Positions 8,459 to 17,827 of a DNA stretch of 64,000 nucleotides are shown here, piece by piece. Source of the DNA: Abditibacterium sp. (GTDB taxonomy: Bacteria; Armatimonadota; Abditibacteriia; Abditibacteriales; Abditibacteriaceae); NCBI GenBank assembly GCA_965246885.1, contig OZ251992.1:352001-416000 (forward strand), written 5' to 3'. Position 1 is the stretch's first letter; each line of letters begins with the position of its first letter. Both the position numbers and the translations under genes were made by a program. Under the pieces are notes generated by a model, which worked only from the letters and a program-made list of their open reading frames with translations, did no database searches and was not told where the DNA came from.

Positions 8459-10036
8459 ATGCAACACCCACGCGGCGCCGCGCGCCCCGACTACGAAAAC
8501 TACACCGTCTTCACGCGCTGGATAGTGCTGGCGGCGGTCGTGTTGGGCGCCGTCTTGGAGATTCTCGATACCACCATCGTGTCGACCGCTATTCCCCAGA
8601 TGCAGGGAAACTTGGGCGCGACGCTGGACGAGATCGGCTGGGTTTCGACGGGGTATATCGTGGCGAACGTGATTGTGCTTCCGCTCACGGGGTGGTTTTC
8701 GGCGCGCTTTGGGCGGCGGCAATACCTCGCGGCTTCGATGGCGTTTTTTACGTTCGCGTCCTTTATGTGCGGGATGTCGGGGAGTTTGTGGGGGCTGGTG
8801 TTTTGGCGCATCATGCAGGGGGCGGGCGGGGCGGCGCTGATTTCGACGGCGCAAGCGACGATCCTTTCCATCTTCCCGCCCAAGCAGCACAACATGGTGC
8901 AGGGCATCTTCGGCTTGGGCATCATGGTGGCGCCCACACTGGGGCCAACCATTGGCGGCTACATTACGGACTACTACTCGTGGCCTTGGGCGTTCTTTGT
9001 CAATATCCCGCTCGGCTCCTTGGCGGTGTTTCTGGTGTTGTCGTTTCTCAAGGACGACCAGAACCAGCGCGCGCCGGGCAAGGTGGACGCTCTCGGCATC
9101 GCGCTGTTGGCGCTCGGCTTGGGCTGCTTGCAGACGGTGTTGGAGAAAGGCAACCGCGAGGACTGGTTCGATTCGAGCCTCATCATTACTCTGACCATCC
9201 TCGCGCTCGTCGGGTTGGGCGGCTTTATCTGGTGGGAACTGCGCACCGAAGCGCCCGCCGTGAACCTGCGCATCCTGAAGAACCGCGCGTTCCTCGCGGG
9301 GTGGGCGCTCAACTTCGTGGTGGGCATCGGGCTGTACACGTCGGTGTTCATCTTTCCGGTGTTTATGCAGTCGCTGCGCGGTTACACGGCGCAAGAGACG
9401 GGGATGCAACTCATCCCGCGCGGGTTGACGACGGCCATTGTGACCATCGTCACCATCCGCATCACGGCGAAAATCCAGCCGCGCTATATGCTGGCGCTTG
9501 GCTCGGTTCTGTTTGCCATAGCGATGCTGTATTTCCACTCCATCACCTTGCAAACCGGCCCAGACCAATTGCTGTGGCCGATGATTATTACCGGCGCCTC
9601 CTTTGGGATGCTGATTGTGCCCTTGTCCGCCGCGACACTCGGCTCGCTGAAGCCGCAGGAAATCCCGGCGGGCGCGGGGCTGTTCAACCTGATGCGGCAA
9701 CTGGGCGGCAGCGTCGGGATAGCCAGCGCCGCGACGGTGCTCGACCGGTGGAGCGAGCAGGCGCGCGGCCCCTTGATAGAAGTCATCAACCCGCTCAACC
9801 CGACGTGGACAGACCGCCTAACCGCCATGACGCGCGCCTTCCAGTCGAGCGGCCTCGACGCCACCGTCGCCAACGCGCGCGCTTACGCCCTGATGGAGCG
9901 CCTGATTCAAGCGCAAGCCTCCGCCATTGCCTTCGAGAAAGCCTACTTCGCCCTCGCCATGCTCTTTTTGGCGACCATCCCCCTGCTGTTCCTGTTCAAG
10001 GACGTAAAGGGCAAGCCAAGCGCCGAAGCGCATTGA
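8459..10036 (+). CDS. DHA2 family (EmrB/QacA) MFS efflux permease
   Basis: LEILDTTIV, GWFSARFGRR, APTLGPTIGG, LEKGNREDWF, FNLMRQLGGSVG. Confidence 0.93.
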   Translation: MQHPRGAARPDYENYTVFTRWIVLAAVVLGAVLEILDTTIVSTAIPQMQGNLGATLDEIGWVSTGYIVANVIVLPLTGWFSARFGRRQYLAASMAFFTFASFMCGMSGSLWGLVFWRIMQGAGGAALISTAQATILSIFPPKQHNMVQGIFGLGIMVAPTLGPTIGGYITDYYSWPWAFFVNIPLGSLAVFLVLSFLKDDQNQRAPGKVDALGIALLALGLGCLQTVLEKGNREDWFDSSLIITLTILALVGLGGFIWWELRTEAPAVNLRILKNRAFLAGWALNFVVGIGLYTSVFIFPVFMQSLRGYTAQETGMQLIPRGLTTAIVTIVTIRITAKIQPRYMLALGSVLFAIAMLYFHSITLQTGPDQLLWPMIITGASFGMLIVPLSAATLGSLKPQEIPAGAGLFNLMRQLGGSVGIASAATVLDRWSEQARGPLIEVINPLNPTWTDRLTAMTRAFQSSGLDATVANARAYALMERLIQAQASAIAFEKAYFALAMLFLATIPLLFLFKDVKGKPSAEAH

Positions 10037-10473
10037 AGCGGCAGGCCGGTGTACTGGATGCGCCAGTTGCCCGCTTTTACGGTTTGGAAGCCGATTTGTT
10101 TGTCCGCAGGCGCGTCGCCGGGCGCGAAGGCAACCCGCAGGTTGCCCGCGCTTGTCCAAAGCAGTCGCGGGTGGAAGTCGCCGTTTGTTTGGAACACGAT
10201 CTCTTCCCGCTTCAAGTCCGCCGCCAAGTCCAGCTTGCTCCCCGCGTCGCGGACAATGACGAAGGAGGCGAACCCGGTCGTCGCGCCGCAATCGCGCTCA
10301 AAAGCGTAGGCGACCCACTTTTTGCCGGGAGAGATAGCTGTTGAGTAGACCTTGCCGCCACACCCGAATAACTTGAACCCCTCCCCCGCGCGGTCTAACG
10401 CCCACGCCCCCACTACAAGCAGCAAAAGCGCGCCCTCAAAGATGGCAACGGCGACGGCGACCTTGTGTTTCAT
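9943..10473 (-). CDS. Hypothetical membrane-anchored protein
   Basis: N-terminal TM segment, SPGKKWVAYAFERDCGATTGF motif; 3' end overlaps the convergent MFS gene. Confidence 0.6.
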   Translation of the reverse strand: MKHKVAVAVAIFEGALLLLVVGAWALDRAGEGFKLFGCGGKVYSTAISPGKKWVAYAFERDCGATTGFASFVIVRDAGSKLDLAADLKREEIVFQTNGDFHPRLLWTSAGNLRVAFAPGDAPADKQIGFQTVKAGNWRIQYTGLPLQCASALGLPFTSLNRNSRGMVAKKSMARAK

Positions 10474-10524
10474 GGCGCGCGAGTTTCGGGAACATGCGAG
10501 GACGCCCGCAAGCACTCAGGTGTC

Positions 10525-11229
10525 CTACAGCAAAGATAGTTGCTCCGGCCCGCTCTGTTGGGCGCGCTCGATTAAACTGGCGTCGTCGTTGACGACGTTG
10601 CCGACGCGCTTGCCAATGGGGAAGGCTTCCATGTCGGTGTCGGGGTATGTTTGCAAGAGGTTTAACGCTTCTTCGGCGCCGATTTGGGGGTCGAGCCAGA
10701 CGTTTTCCCAGTCGGGGCGCAGGATGATCGCCATGCGGTGATGAAGGGTGGAAAGGAGGGGATTGGGTGGCCCGGTGATGATCGTGCAGGAGCGAAGCGG
10801 GGCGTCGCCGGGGCCGTTCCACTCTTCCCATAGGCCCGCGAAAGCGTAAATGCGGTTGTCGCGGAAGTGGATGTAGTGCGGCGTCTTATTCTTATCCTCC
10901 TGCTTCCACTCGAAGAAGCCATCGGCGGGAATGAGGCACCGGCGGCGCCCCAAGGCGTGCTTGAAGCTCGGCTTCTCTTGGAGGGTTTCGACGCGGGCGT
11001 TGATGAGCTTGGTGCCGATGGACTCGTCCTTGGCCCAACTGGGCACAAGCCCCCAACGATAGCCTTCGAGCGCACGCACACCATCGCCGTGCGCGTTTTG
11101 GGTGATGACGGCGACGGGTTGGGTGGGCGCGATGTTGTAGCGAGCGGGGAACTCGAAGAGGGTCTGCTGGGTGTCAAAGCGCGCCGCGACTTCTTCGACG
11201 GAGTGGCGCAGGGTGAATCGTCCGCACAT
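10525..11229 (-). CDS. SOS response-associated peptidase (SRAP/YedK/HMCES family)
   Basis: MCGRF N-terminus (catalytic Cys2), YNIAPTQ, WGLVP, INAR, RRCLIPADGFFEW, HHRM. Confidence 0.95.
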   Translation of the reverse strand: MCGRFTLRHSVEEVAARFDTQQTLFEFPARYNIAPTQPVAVITQNAHGDGVRALEGYRWGLVPSWAKDESIGTKLINARVETLQEKPSFKHALGRRRCLIPADGFFEWKQEDKNKTPHYIHFRDNRIYAFAGLWEEWNGPGDAPLRSCTIITGPPNPLLSTLHHRMAIILRPDWENVWLDPQIGAEEALNLLQTYPDTDMEAFPIGKRVGNVVNDDASLIERAQQSGPEQLSLL

Positions 11230-11294
11230 GACGGGGGTGTGGGGCGAGTTGGGGGCCAACGGCTCCCCGCCGCGCCGTTCATACTTCCCCCGCC

Positions 11295-12047
11295 ATGAGC
11301 CAATCCAATCCTGTCCGCGTCCTCGTGTGGGACGAGAACCCGCACCACGCGCCCAAAGAACTCTACCCCACCAGCATCCGGGGCGCCGTCGCCGACGCCC
11401 TCAACGCCCTTGGTGGCGGCCAAATCCAAGCCGACACCGCGCACCTCGACGAAGAAAGCCAAGGCATCACCGCCGACAAGTTGGCGGGTTACGACGTGCT
11501 GATGTGGTGGGGGCACGGGCGCCACAACGAAGTCGAGGATGGCATCGCCGCCACCATCAAAGCTGCCGTGCACGACAACGGACTCGGCTTCATCCCGCTC
11601 CATTCGGGGCACTACTCCAAGCCCTACGCCGCCGTTTTGAACGCGAACGGGCACCTATACGGCGGCTGGCGCGAAATCGAGGGCTTCGAGCCGGAAGAGA
11701 TCACCGTCTGCGCGCCCAAGCACCCCATCGCGGCGGGCATCGGGGACTTTACGCTCGACGCCGAGGAGATGTATGGCTCGCCGTTTGGCGCCCCGCCCTT
11801 CGAGACCCTCGTGTTTCAGTCCTTCTTCCCGCACGGCGGGGAGTATTTCCCCTGCGGCTTCACCGTGACGGTCGGCAAGGGCATTGACCCCGCCTTCACG
11901 TCGGGCGAAGGCAATGGCGCCAATCAAGGCAAAGGCGCGGGCCGCGTTTTCTACTTCCGCCCCGGCCACGAAACCGTGCCCACCTACCACAACCCCACCG
12001 TCCAAACCATCCTGAAGAACGCCGCAATGTGGTGCGCAGGGCGGTAA
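11295..12047 (+). CDS. ThuA-like (trehalose utilisation / GATase-like) protein
   Basis: VLVWDEN, DVLMWWGH, LHSGH, EEMYG, GRVFYFRPGHET. Confidence 0.88.
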   Translation: MSQSNPVRVLVWDENPHHAPKELYPTSIRGAVADALNALGGGQIQADTAHLDEESQGITADKLAGYDVLMWWGHGRHNEVEDGIAATIKAAVHDNGLGFIPLHSGHYSKPYAAVLNANGHLYGGWREIEGFEPEEITVCAPKHPIAAGIGDFTLDAEEMYGSPFGAPPFETLVFQSFFPHGGEYFPCGFTVTVGKGIDPAFTSGEGNGANQGKGAGRVFYFRPGHETVPTYHNPTVQTILKNAAMWCAGR

Positions 12048-12063
12048 GGGTTCGCCACCAACC

Positions 12064-12091
12064 GTAGGGACGGAGCAAGCTCCGTCTCTAC
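12064..12091. repeat. GTAG-type REP-like palindrome between convergent genes
   Basis: GTAGGGACGGAGC-aa-GCTCCGTCTCTAC; contains the flippase stop codon. Confidence 0.7.
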
Positions 12092-13608
12092 GATGCAGGC
12101 TTGCGCCGAAAGCGCGACAGGACATCCAGCCACAGCGCGGGGGCGAGGGTGCGGAGCAAACCGAAGTAAATCGCCGTTCCCATCACGCCGGGCAACGCCA
12201 CCGCCGCCACGTGCGAAAAGGGGAACAGCGTCCGCGCCAACAGCAGAGGCACGACCTGCGACAGCGCGAATAAGCCGAACGCGCCGCCGAACACGCCCAA
12301 CACCTGCGTTAGCTTGCCGCCCAGTGGCCGCACGCCCAAATACACCCGCAATGGCCCAAAGAGCGCGATGCACGCTCCCACCGCGCACGCCATCCCTAAG
12401 GCGCCTCGCGCGTGCGCCGCGAACAACCCCACTATGAGGAACGTGAGGGCGTGCGCGATGCTGGACAACGTGAGGACTTGAAAGCGGCCCTGCGCTTTGA
12501 GGAGCGCCTCGCTGGTCGCGTCGGCCACGCGAATCGCCATACCGACGGAAAGCACCACCAATATCGGCGCGGCGCCCGCCCACTTCGCATTGAAGAACAG
12601 CGCCAAAAGCGCGGGCGCAATCACCGCCGGAAGCAAGCACAGCAGCCCGCCCGCCACCGCCAAAGCGCGCGTCGCCCGCAGATAGACACTCAGTTGGCGC
12701 TCCCTGTCGAGGTTGAGGCGCGACAGCGACGGCAACAAGACGGAGTTAATGTTGTTCGACAGCAGAAACAGCGTTTGCTGCGAGAGGTTGTACGCGAACG
12801 CGTACAGCCCCACTTCCCCCGGCGACACCACGCGGCCCAAAATGATGTTGTCCCCCTGCCACAGTGCGAAGTTGCATAACCCCGTTACGATGAGTAGCCC
12901 GATGCCATGCAAGAGATATTTCCACTTGCGCGTTTCCAGATGAAGCCGAATGGGGGGCCGCGTCACGGCGTAGAGATACAAGCAACGCGCGCCGTGCGCG
13001 AGCGCGAGCGGCAACACGAATGATACGGCGCCCAAGTGGAGCGCCGCAAACGTAACCGTGAGCGCCGCCATCGCGATCATCGTCACCAAGTTGGCGCGCG
13101 CCAACAGCGAGAAGCGCATTTCGAGTTCCAGCTTGGCCTGCGCCACGTTGGTGAGGGCGATAAAAGTCGGCGACAGCGACGCGATGCGCACCAAGAGCGC
13201 CAAATGGGGCCGCTCGTAAAAGCGTTCCAAGAGCGGCGCGAACCCCCACACAAGCGCATAACCGCCCAGCGCGATGAGCACCGACAGCCAAAACGCCGAG
13301 TTCGCGCGGCGCTCAAAGTGCTTGGGGCGCCGCACCAGCACTTCGCGCGTCCCGGCCTCTTGCATCCAGCCCACGCCGAGCGTGATGGCATACGAAATGG
13401 TGAACAAGCCGAAATCGGACGGCGAAAGCAACCGCGTCCACAACAGTTGCCCGACCAGCCCGACGACCTTGGATAAGACGGTTTGGGCCAGTAGCCACAC
13501 GAACCCCGACGTTGTGCGCCGTCCCAACTCCCCTGCTGATGGGCGCGGCGTTTCTGGCGCGGGCGAGTCGGATGAGGGGCGCGCAAGTGGCGGCGGGGTT
13601 GGGGTCAT
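12088..13608 (-). CDS. Oligosaccharide flippase (Wzx/MOP superfamily)
   Basis: TRLLSPSDFGL, GDNIILGR, VGLYAFAY, VLLPSLSR; many TM segments. Confidence 0.88.
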   Translation of the reverse strand: MTPTPPPLARPSSDSPAPETPRPSAGELGRRTTSGFVWLLAQTVLSKVVGLVGQLLWTRLLSPSDFGLFTISYAITLGVGWMQEAGTREVLVRRPKHFERRANSAFWLSVLIALGGYALVWGFAPLLERFYERPHLALLVRIASLSPTFIALTNVAQAKLELEMRFSLLARANLVTMIAMAALTVTFAALHLGAVSFVLPLALAHGARCLYLYAVTRPPIRLHLETRKWKYLLHGIGLLIVTGLCNFALWQGDNIILGRVVSPGEVGLYAFAYNLSQQTLFLLSNNINSVLLPSLSRLNLDRERQLSVYLRATRALAVAGGLLCLLPAVIAPALLALFFNAKWAGAAPILVVLSVGMAIRVADATSEALLKAQGRFQVLTLSSIAHALTFLIVGLFAAHARGALGMACAVGACIALFGPLRVYLGVRPLGGKLTQVLGVFGGAFGLFALSQVVPLLLARTLFPFSHVAAVALPGVMGTAIYFGLLRTLAPALWLDVLSRFRRKPAS

Positions 13609-13690
13609 GAAAGGCGCGCCAGTTTAACGCGCGCTTTTTCGCTTCTGGATACACCGCACCGCGCGCCGTTTTCTCAAACTGTGCCCCTCA

Positions 13691-15172
13691 ATGTTGCAAA
13701 CCTATTTAGCCGTTGACTTGGGCGCCGAGTCGGGCCGCGTCATGGCGGGTCGCTTCGACGGCAGCACGCTGGAACTGTCCGAACTGCACCGCTTCCCCAA
13801 CCGCTTCGCCAACGTGAACGGCACGCTCCACTGGGATGCCCTGCGCTTATGGAACGACATCTGCGACGGCCTCGCCAAAGCCGCCGCCTTGGGCGAGGTC
13901 GCGGGCATCGGCGCTGACACGTGGGGCGTTGATTTCGCCCTCTTGGACGAGCGCGGCGCCATGCTGGGCAACCCCGTCTGCTACCGCGACGCGCGCCACG
14001 ACGGATACATCGAGCGCGCCGCGCGCACTGTCCCCAAGCGCGACATCTACGAGCGCACCGGCCTCCAGTTTCTGGGCTTCAACACGCTCTACCAACTCCT
14101 TGCCGTCTGCGCTCAATCCCCGCGCGACTTGGAGCGCGCCGCCACCCTGCTCTTCATGCCCGACCTGCTTCACTTCTGGCTATCCGGCGAGCGGCGCAGC
14201 GAATACTCTATCGCCTCGACCTCGCAAATGCTCGACGCCCGCGCGCGCAGTTGGGACACGGAGTTACTCGCCCGTTTCGGCTTGCCGACGGGCATCCTCG
14301 CGCCGCTTGTCGCGCCCGGCGACGCCATCGGGAGCTTGCGCCCCGACCTCGCCGCACGCTTGGGACTTTCCGCTTCCACCCCGGTCGTCGCGCCCGCGAG
14401 TCACGACACCGCCAGCGCGGTCGCGGCGGTGCCCTTTGCGCACCCCGGCGAACGCGCCGCCTTTTTATCGAGCGGCACGTGGAGCTTGATGGGCCTCGAA
14501 CTGGCCGAGCCGCTCATCAGCGACGACAGTTACAACCTCGGCTTTACCAACGAGGGCGGCGCTTTTGGCACCATCCGCTTACTCAAGAACATCGCGGGCT
14601 TGTGGCTGCTTCAAGAGTGCCGCCGCGACTGGCAAGCGCGCGGGCAAGAGTGGTCATACGCGCAATTAGCGCACTTGGCGGGCGAAGCGGGCGATGGCGG
14701 GAGCTTCGTCGAACCCGACGAAGCGCGCTTCGCCAGTCCCGGCGACATGCCGCGCAAAATCGCCGACTTCTGCCGCGAAACCGGCCAGACCGCGCCCGCG
14801 ACCGAAGCCGAGTTCGCGCGCTGTTGCCTCGACTCTCTCGCCCTCAAGTATCGCTGGACGTTCGAGAAATTGGAACACTTGGGCGGCCAAAGCCTTGACG
14901 CGCTCTACGTCGTGGGCGGCGGCAGTCAAAACGAACTGCTCAACCAACTCACCGCCGACTGCATCGGCAAGCCTGTCATTGCGGGGCCGGTCGAGGCGAC
15001 GGCGGCGGGCAACATCCTTGTCCAAGCCGTCGCGCGCGGCGCCATCAACGACGCCGCCCAAGTGCGCGCCGTCGTGCGAGGCTCCTTCGCGTCCAAACGC
15101 TTCGCCCCGCGCCCCGCAGAACGCGCGCGATGGGACGAGAAATTCGGACGCTTCGGGGGGTTGATGGGTTAG
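13691..15172 (+). CDS. rhaB: Rhamnulokinase (FGGY carbohydrate kinase)
   Basis: LAVDLGAESGR, DTWGVDF, YRDARH, HDTASA, SSGTWSL, FTNEGG, GPVEATAAGN. Confidence 0.88.
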   Translation: MLQTYLAVDLGAESGRVMAGRFDGSTLELSELHRFPNRFANVNGTLHWDALRLWNDICDGLAKAAALGEVAGIGADTWGVDFALLDERGAMLGNPVCYRDARHDGYIERAARTVPKRDIYERTGLQFLGFNTLYQLLAVCAQSPRDLERAATLLFMPDLLHFWLSGERRSEYSIASTSQMLDARARSWDTELLARFGLPTGILAPLVAPGDAIGSLRPDLAARLGLSASTPVVAPASHDTASAVAAVPFAHPGERAAFLSSGTWSLMGLELAEPLISDDSYNLGFTNEGGAFGTIRLLKNIAGLWLLQECRRDWQARGQEWSYAQLAHLAGEAGDGGSFVEPDEARFASPGDMPRKIADFCRETGQTAPATEAEFARCCLDSLALKYRWTFEKLEHLGGQSLDALYVVGGGSQNELLNQLTADCIGKPVIAGPVEATAAGNILVQAVARGAINDAAQVRAVVRGSFASKRFAPRPAERARWDEKFGRFGGLMG

Positions 15173-15175
15173 CGC

Positions 15176-15260
15176 GTGGGATTTGGGGTTTAGGACTTGG
15201 GGTTTGGGAGTAGTCCTTACAACCCCGAACCTTACATTCCACACCCAACACCCCCTCCCC
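15176..15260. repeat. Heptamer-periodic G-rich/C-rich hairpin element (STRR-like)
   Basis: gtgggat-ttggggt-ttaggac-ttggggt-ttgggag followed by complementary C-rich heptamers. Confidence 0.65.
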
Positions 15261-16148
15261 ATGCAACTCTGGCTCAAGCGCGACCATTTCAACCTCTCCG
15301 ACCCTTGGGAACACGTGGATTTCCAAGTGCGCTCGGCGTTCGATGTCGTGGGCGGCGCGGGATGGCACATCGGGCCGGAGCGCCAACTATGGAACGAACT
15401 GTGGCTGGTGCGCGAGGGGAGCGTGCGCATCGCTTTGGATGAGCGCGTGCAAACGGTGAGCGCGCCCGCTCTGGCGCTGCTGTCGGTGTGCGGGCGGCGC
15501 GATACGCGGCACGTCGCGGGCAGTCGGCTGTCCATCTTGGGCTTTTCGTTTGACGCGACGCTGTGGGGGGCGCTGGACTTTGCGGCGATGCTCGATTTGC
15601 CGATTTCGTGGCCCCTTGAAACGGCGTCCTGCGAGCCGCTTTTGGGGCGTATGGTCGAGGAAACGCGGGCGCGGCGGGCGGGATATTCGCTCGCGGTATC
15701 GGGGTTGGGGGCGCTGGCGTTTGTGGAAGTGCTGCGCTCGCGGCCCCCGGCGGAAGCGGTGCGCGAAGTGGAGCTTCTGGCGCGTCACCCGGAACTGTCG
15801 GGCGCGTTGGAATTTATCGCGGCGCGCTGGGCGGAACCGCTCGACGTGCCGCAACTCGCGCGCGCGGCGCATTTATCGCCCAAGCATTTTGGCAGCAAAT
15901 TCCGCGCGGCGCTGGGGGCGACGCCAATGGAGTTCGTGCGCCGCTTTCGCCTCAACCGCGCGCGCAACCTGCTCGCAGCGGGCGATGAAACCGCAGCGAC
16001 CATCGCGCTGCGGTGCGGCTTCGACGACGCGGCGCACTTCTCGCGGGCGTTCAAGCGCGAGTTCGGCGCCACGCCCGGCGAGTTCCGGCGGTCGGTGAGG
16101 CGGGGACAGGCCCCGGCGCCCGCTTCGCGCGCCTTTATGACTGACTGA
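15261..16148 (+). CDS. AraC family transcriptional regulator
   Basis: N-terminal cupin-like region; LARAAHLSPKHF, CGFDDAAHFSRAFKREFGATPGEFR. Confidence 0.92.
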   Translation: MQLWLKRDHFNLSDPWEHVDFQVRSAFDVVGGAGWHIGPERQLWNELWLVREGSVRIALDERVQTVSAPALALLSVCGRRDTRHVAGSRLSILGFSFDATLWGALDFAAMLDLPISWPLETASCEPLLGRMVEETRARRAGYSLAVSGLGALAFVEVLRSRPPAEAVREVELLARHPELSGALEFIAARWAEPLDVPQLARAAHLSPKHFGSKFRAALGATPMEFVRRFRLNRARNLLAAGDETAATIALRCGFDDAAHFSRAFKREFGATPGEFRRSVRRGQAPAPASRAFMTD

Positions 16149-16150
16149 CA

Positions 16151-16318
16151 CACGTGCGCCGACAATTCCCGCAGTCGCGCCGACAATTCCCGCACGTGCG
16201 CCGACGATTCCCGCAGTCGCGCCAGCGACCGCCCGACGACGGCGCAGGCTTGAATCGGGAGAATCATCCTTTGGCGCCAGAAAATCGTCCTTTCGGTCAA
16301 GACGGCGGGCGAGGGAAT
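16151..16318. repeat. Eight-unit 21-bp-period intergenic array
   Basis: Units 1-4 CA(CGT/GTC)GCGCCGACAATTCCCG in ABAB order; later in-phase units carry AATC(A/G)TCCTTT and GACGGCG..GAAT. Confidence 0.85.
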
Positions 16319-16337
16319 GGGGAAATTGAAAGGCGCA

Positions 16338-17165
16338 ATGAACGAACCACTTACCCACGCGCCGACAGTCTCGCTGTCGCCCTCGCAAATCGCCTTTTTC
16401 AAGAGCAACGGCTTCTTGTCACTGCCCGTGCTGACCACTCCCGACGAAGTCGCCATGATGCGCGACGCCTACGACGACATCTTCAACCGCAAAGCGGGCC
16501 GCGAAGTCGGCGACCAGTTCGACCTCGCGGGCACCGACGAAGAAGGCAAGGAAGCGGCGCTTCCGCAGATTCTGACGCCCGAAAAGTATGCGCCGCAACT
16601 GTGGGACACGCAGGCCCGCGCCAACGCGCTTCATGTCGTGCGCCAACTGCTGGGCGAAGATATGCAAGCAACCGGCACGCACGCCATCTTCAAACCTGCC
16701 CAGCACGGCGCCACGACGCCTTGGCACCAAGACGAAGCGTATTGGGGTAGCGAGTGGGAGTATCGCTCGGTGAGTGTGTGGGTGCCCTTGCAAGACGTGG
16801 ACGAGGAGAACGGCTGCATGCAGTTCGTCGCCGGAAGCCACAAGGAAGAAGTGCAGCCGCACCGCCCCATCAACAACGACCCACGCGTGCATGGCCTCGA
16901 ACTGACCGAGGAAGCCCCAATTGACCTCAAGCACGCCGTCGTGTGCCCGCTCGAAGCGGGCGGCGCCACGATTCACCCCTCGCGCACCCTGCATTTCACC
17001 GCCGCCAACCATTCCAATCGCCCGCGCCGTGCGCTGATTATGATGTTCGGCGGCAACGCGCGCAAGCGGAGCGAGTTGGGCCTGCCGGAGCGCAACTTCG
17101 CATGGCAGAAGGTGCAGAACACGGCGCGCGCCGCGCGGAGCGCGGGGGCGGACGCGGCGAAGTAA
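16338..17165 (+). CDS. Phytanoyl-CoA dioxygenase (PhyH) family Fe/2-oxoglutarate enzyme
   Basis: TPWHQD (HxD), ENGCMQFVAGSH, TLHFT...RR. Confidence 0.9.
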   Translation: MNEPLTHAPTVSLSPSQIAFFKSNGFLSLPVLTTPDEVAMMRDAYDDIFNRKAGREVGDQFDLAGTDEEGKEAALPQILTPEKYAPQLWDTQARANALHVVRQLLGEDMQATGTHAIFKPAQHGATTPWHQDEAYWGSEWEYRSVSVWVPLQDVDEENGCMQFVAGSHKEEVQPHRPINNDPRVHGLELTEEAPIDLKHAVVCPLEAGGATIHPSRTLHFTAANHSNRPRRALIMMFGGNARKRSELGLPERNFAWQKVQNTARAARSAGADAAK

Positions 17166-17188
17166 GCAGGATTGAGTTATCGTGCGGC

Positions 17189-17219
17189 GTGAAGGGCAAC
17201 CACATGGGCTGCCCTTCAC
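17189..17219. repeat. REP-like palindrome (AGGGCAACC family)
   Basis: GTGAAGGGCAACC-acatg-GGCTGCCCTTCAC; related copy at 30676. Confidence 0.65.
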
Positions 17220-17239
17220 GTTTAACATCTCGACAAACC

Positions 17240-17270
17240 AACTCCCGCGCTCGAAGAGCGCGGGAGTTTA
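17240..17270. terminator. Intrinsic terminator-like hairpin between convergent phyH and dksA
   Basis: AACTCCCGCGCTC-gaa-GAGCGCGGGAGTT followed by T residues. Confidence 0.7.
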
Positions 17271-17275
17271 CTGTT

Positions 17276-17788
17276 TCACTCGCCTTCGGACATCGCTTGC
17301 ATTTGGGCGGTAAGGCTCGACCAAGGCAGTAGTTCAAGGCGCGATTTGGGGATGGGTTCTCCCGAAACGTCGCAGATGCCGTAGGTGCCGTCTTGGATTT
17401 TCTGGAGGGCGTGCTCGATGGCGGTCATCGTTTCCTCGATCTCCTCTTCGACGCCCATGTCCATTTCTTTGTCCATCAGGCTGGAGGCGAGGTCGGCGGT
17501 GTCCTCTTCGCCCTCGGCGTCTTCGGGCAAGTTGCCGTCCATATCGCCCGCGCTGCGGCGCACGTAGTCGCGCTCTTCCTCGAACTTGTTCATTTCCTCG
17601 AACAAGCGGTCGCGGAAGTGGACGATGTCGAGGTCTTTGCGTTGTTGTTCGGGGATGTCGCCCGCAAGGGCGGCGTTGAGGACTTCGGGGGAAGAGTTGT
17701 CGCCGCCTGTTCCCATAAGCGAAGCGGAGGACGCCTGTGACTTGCGCTTGCGCGGTGCGGGCGAGTCGTTTTGATCTTTGATTGCCAT
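17276..17788 (-). CDS. TraR/DksA family transcription factor with degenerate zinc finger
   Basis: Coiled coil with DTADLA tip; ALQKIQDGTYGICDVSGEPIPKSRLELLP. Confidence 0.85.
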   Translation of the reverse strand: MAIKDQNDSPAPRKRKSQASSASLMGTGGDNSSPEVLNAALAGDIPEQQRKDLDIVHFRDRLFEEMNKFEEERDYVRRSAGDMDGNLPEDAEGEEDTADLASSLMDKEMDMGVEEEIEETMTAIEHALQKIQDGTYGICDVSGEPIPKSRLELLPWSSLTAQMQAMSEGE

Positions 17789-17827
17789 GTGCTAAATAAA
17801 CCTTTCCCTCGCACGCTCCTGCCGATG

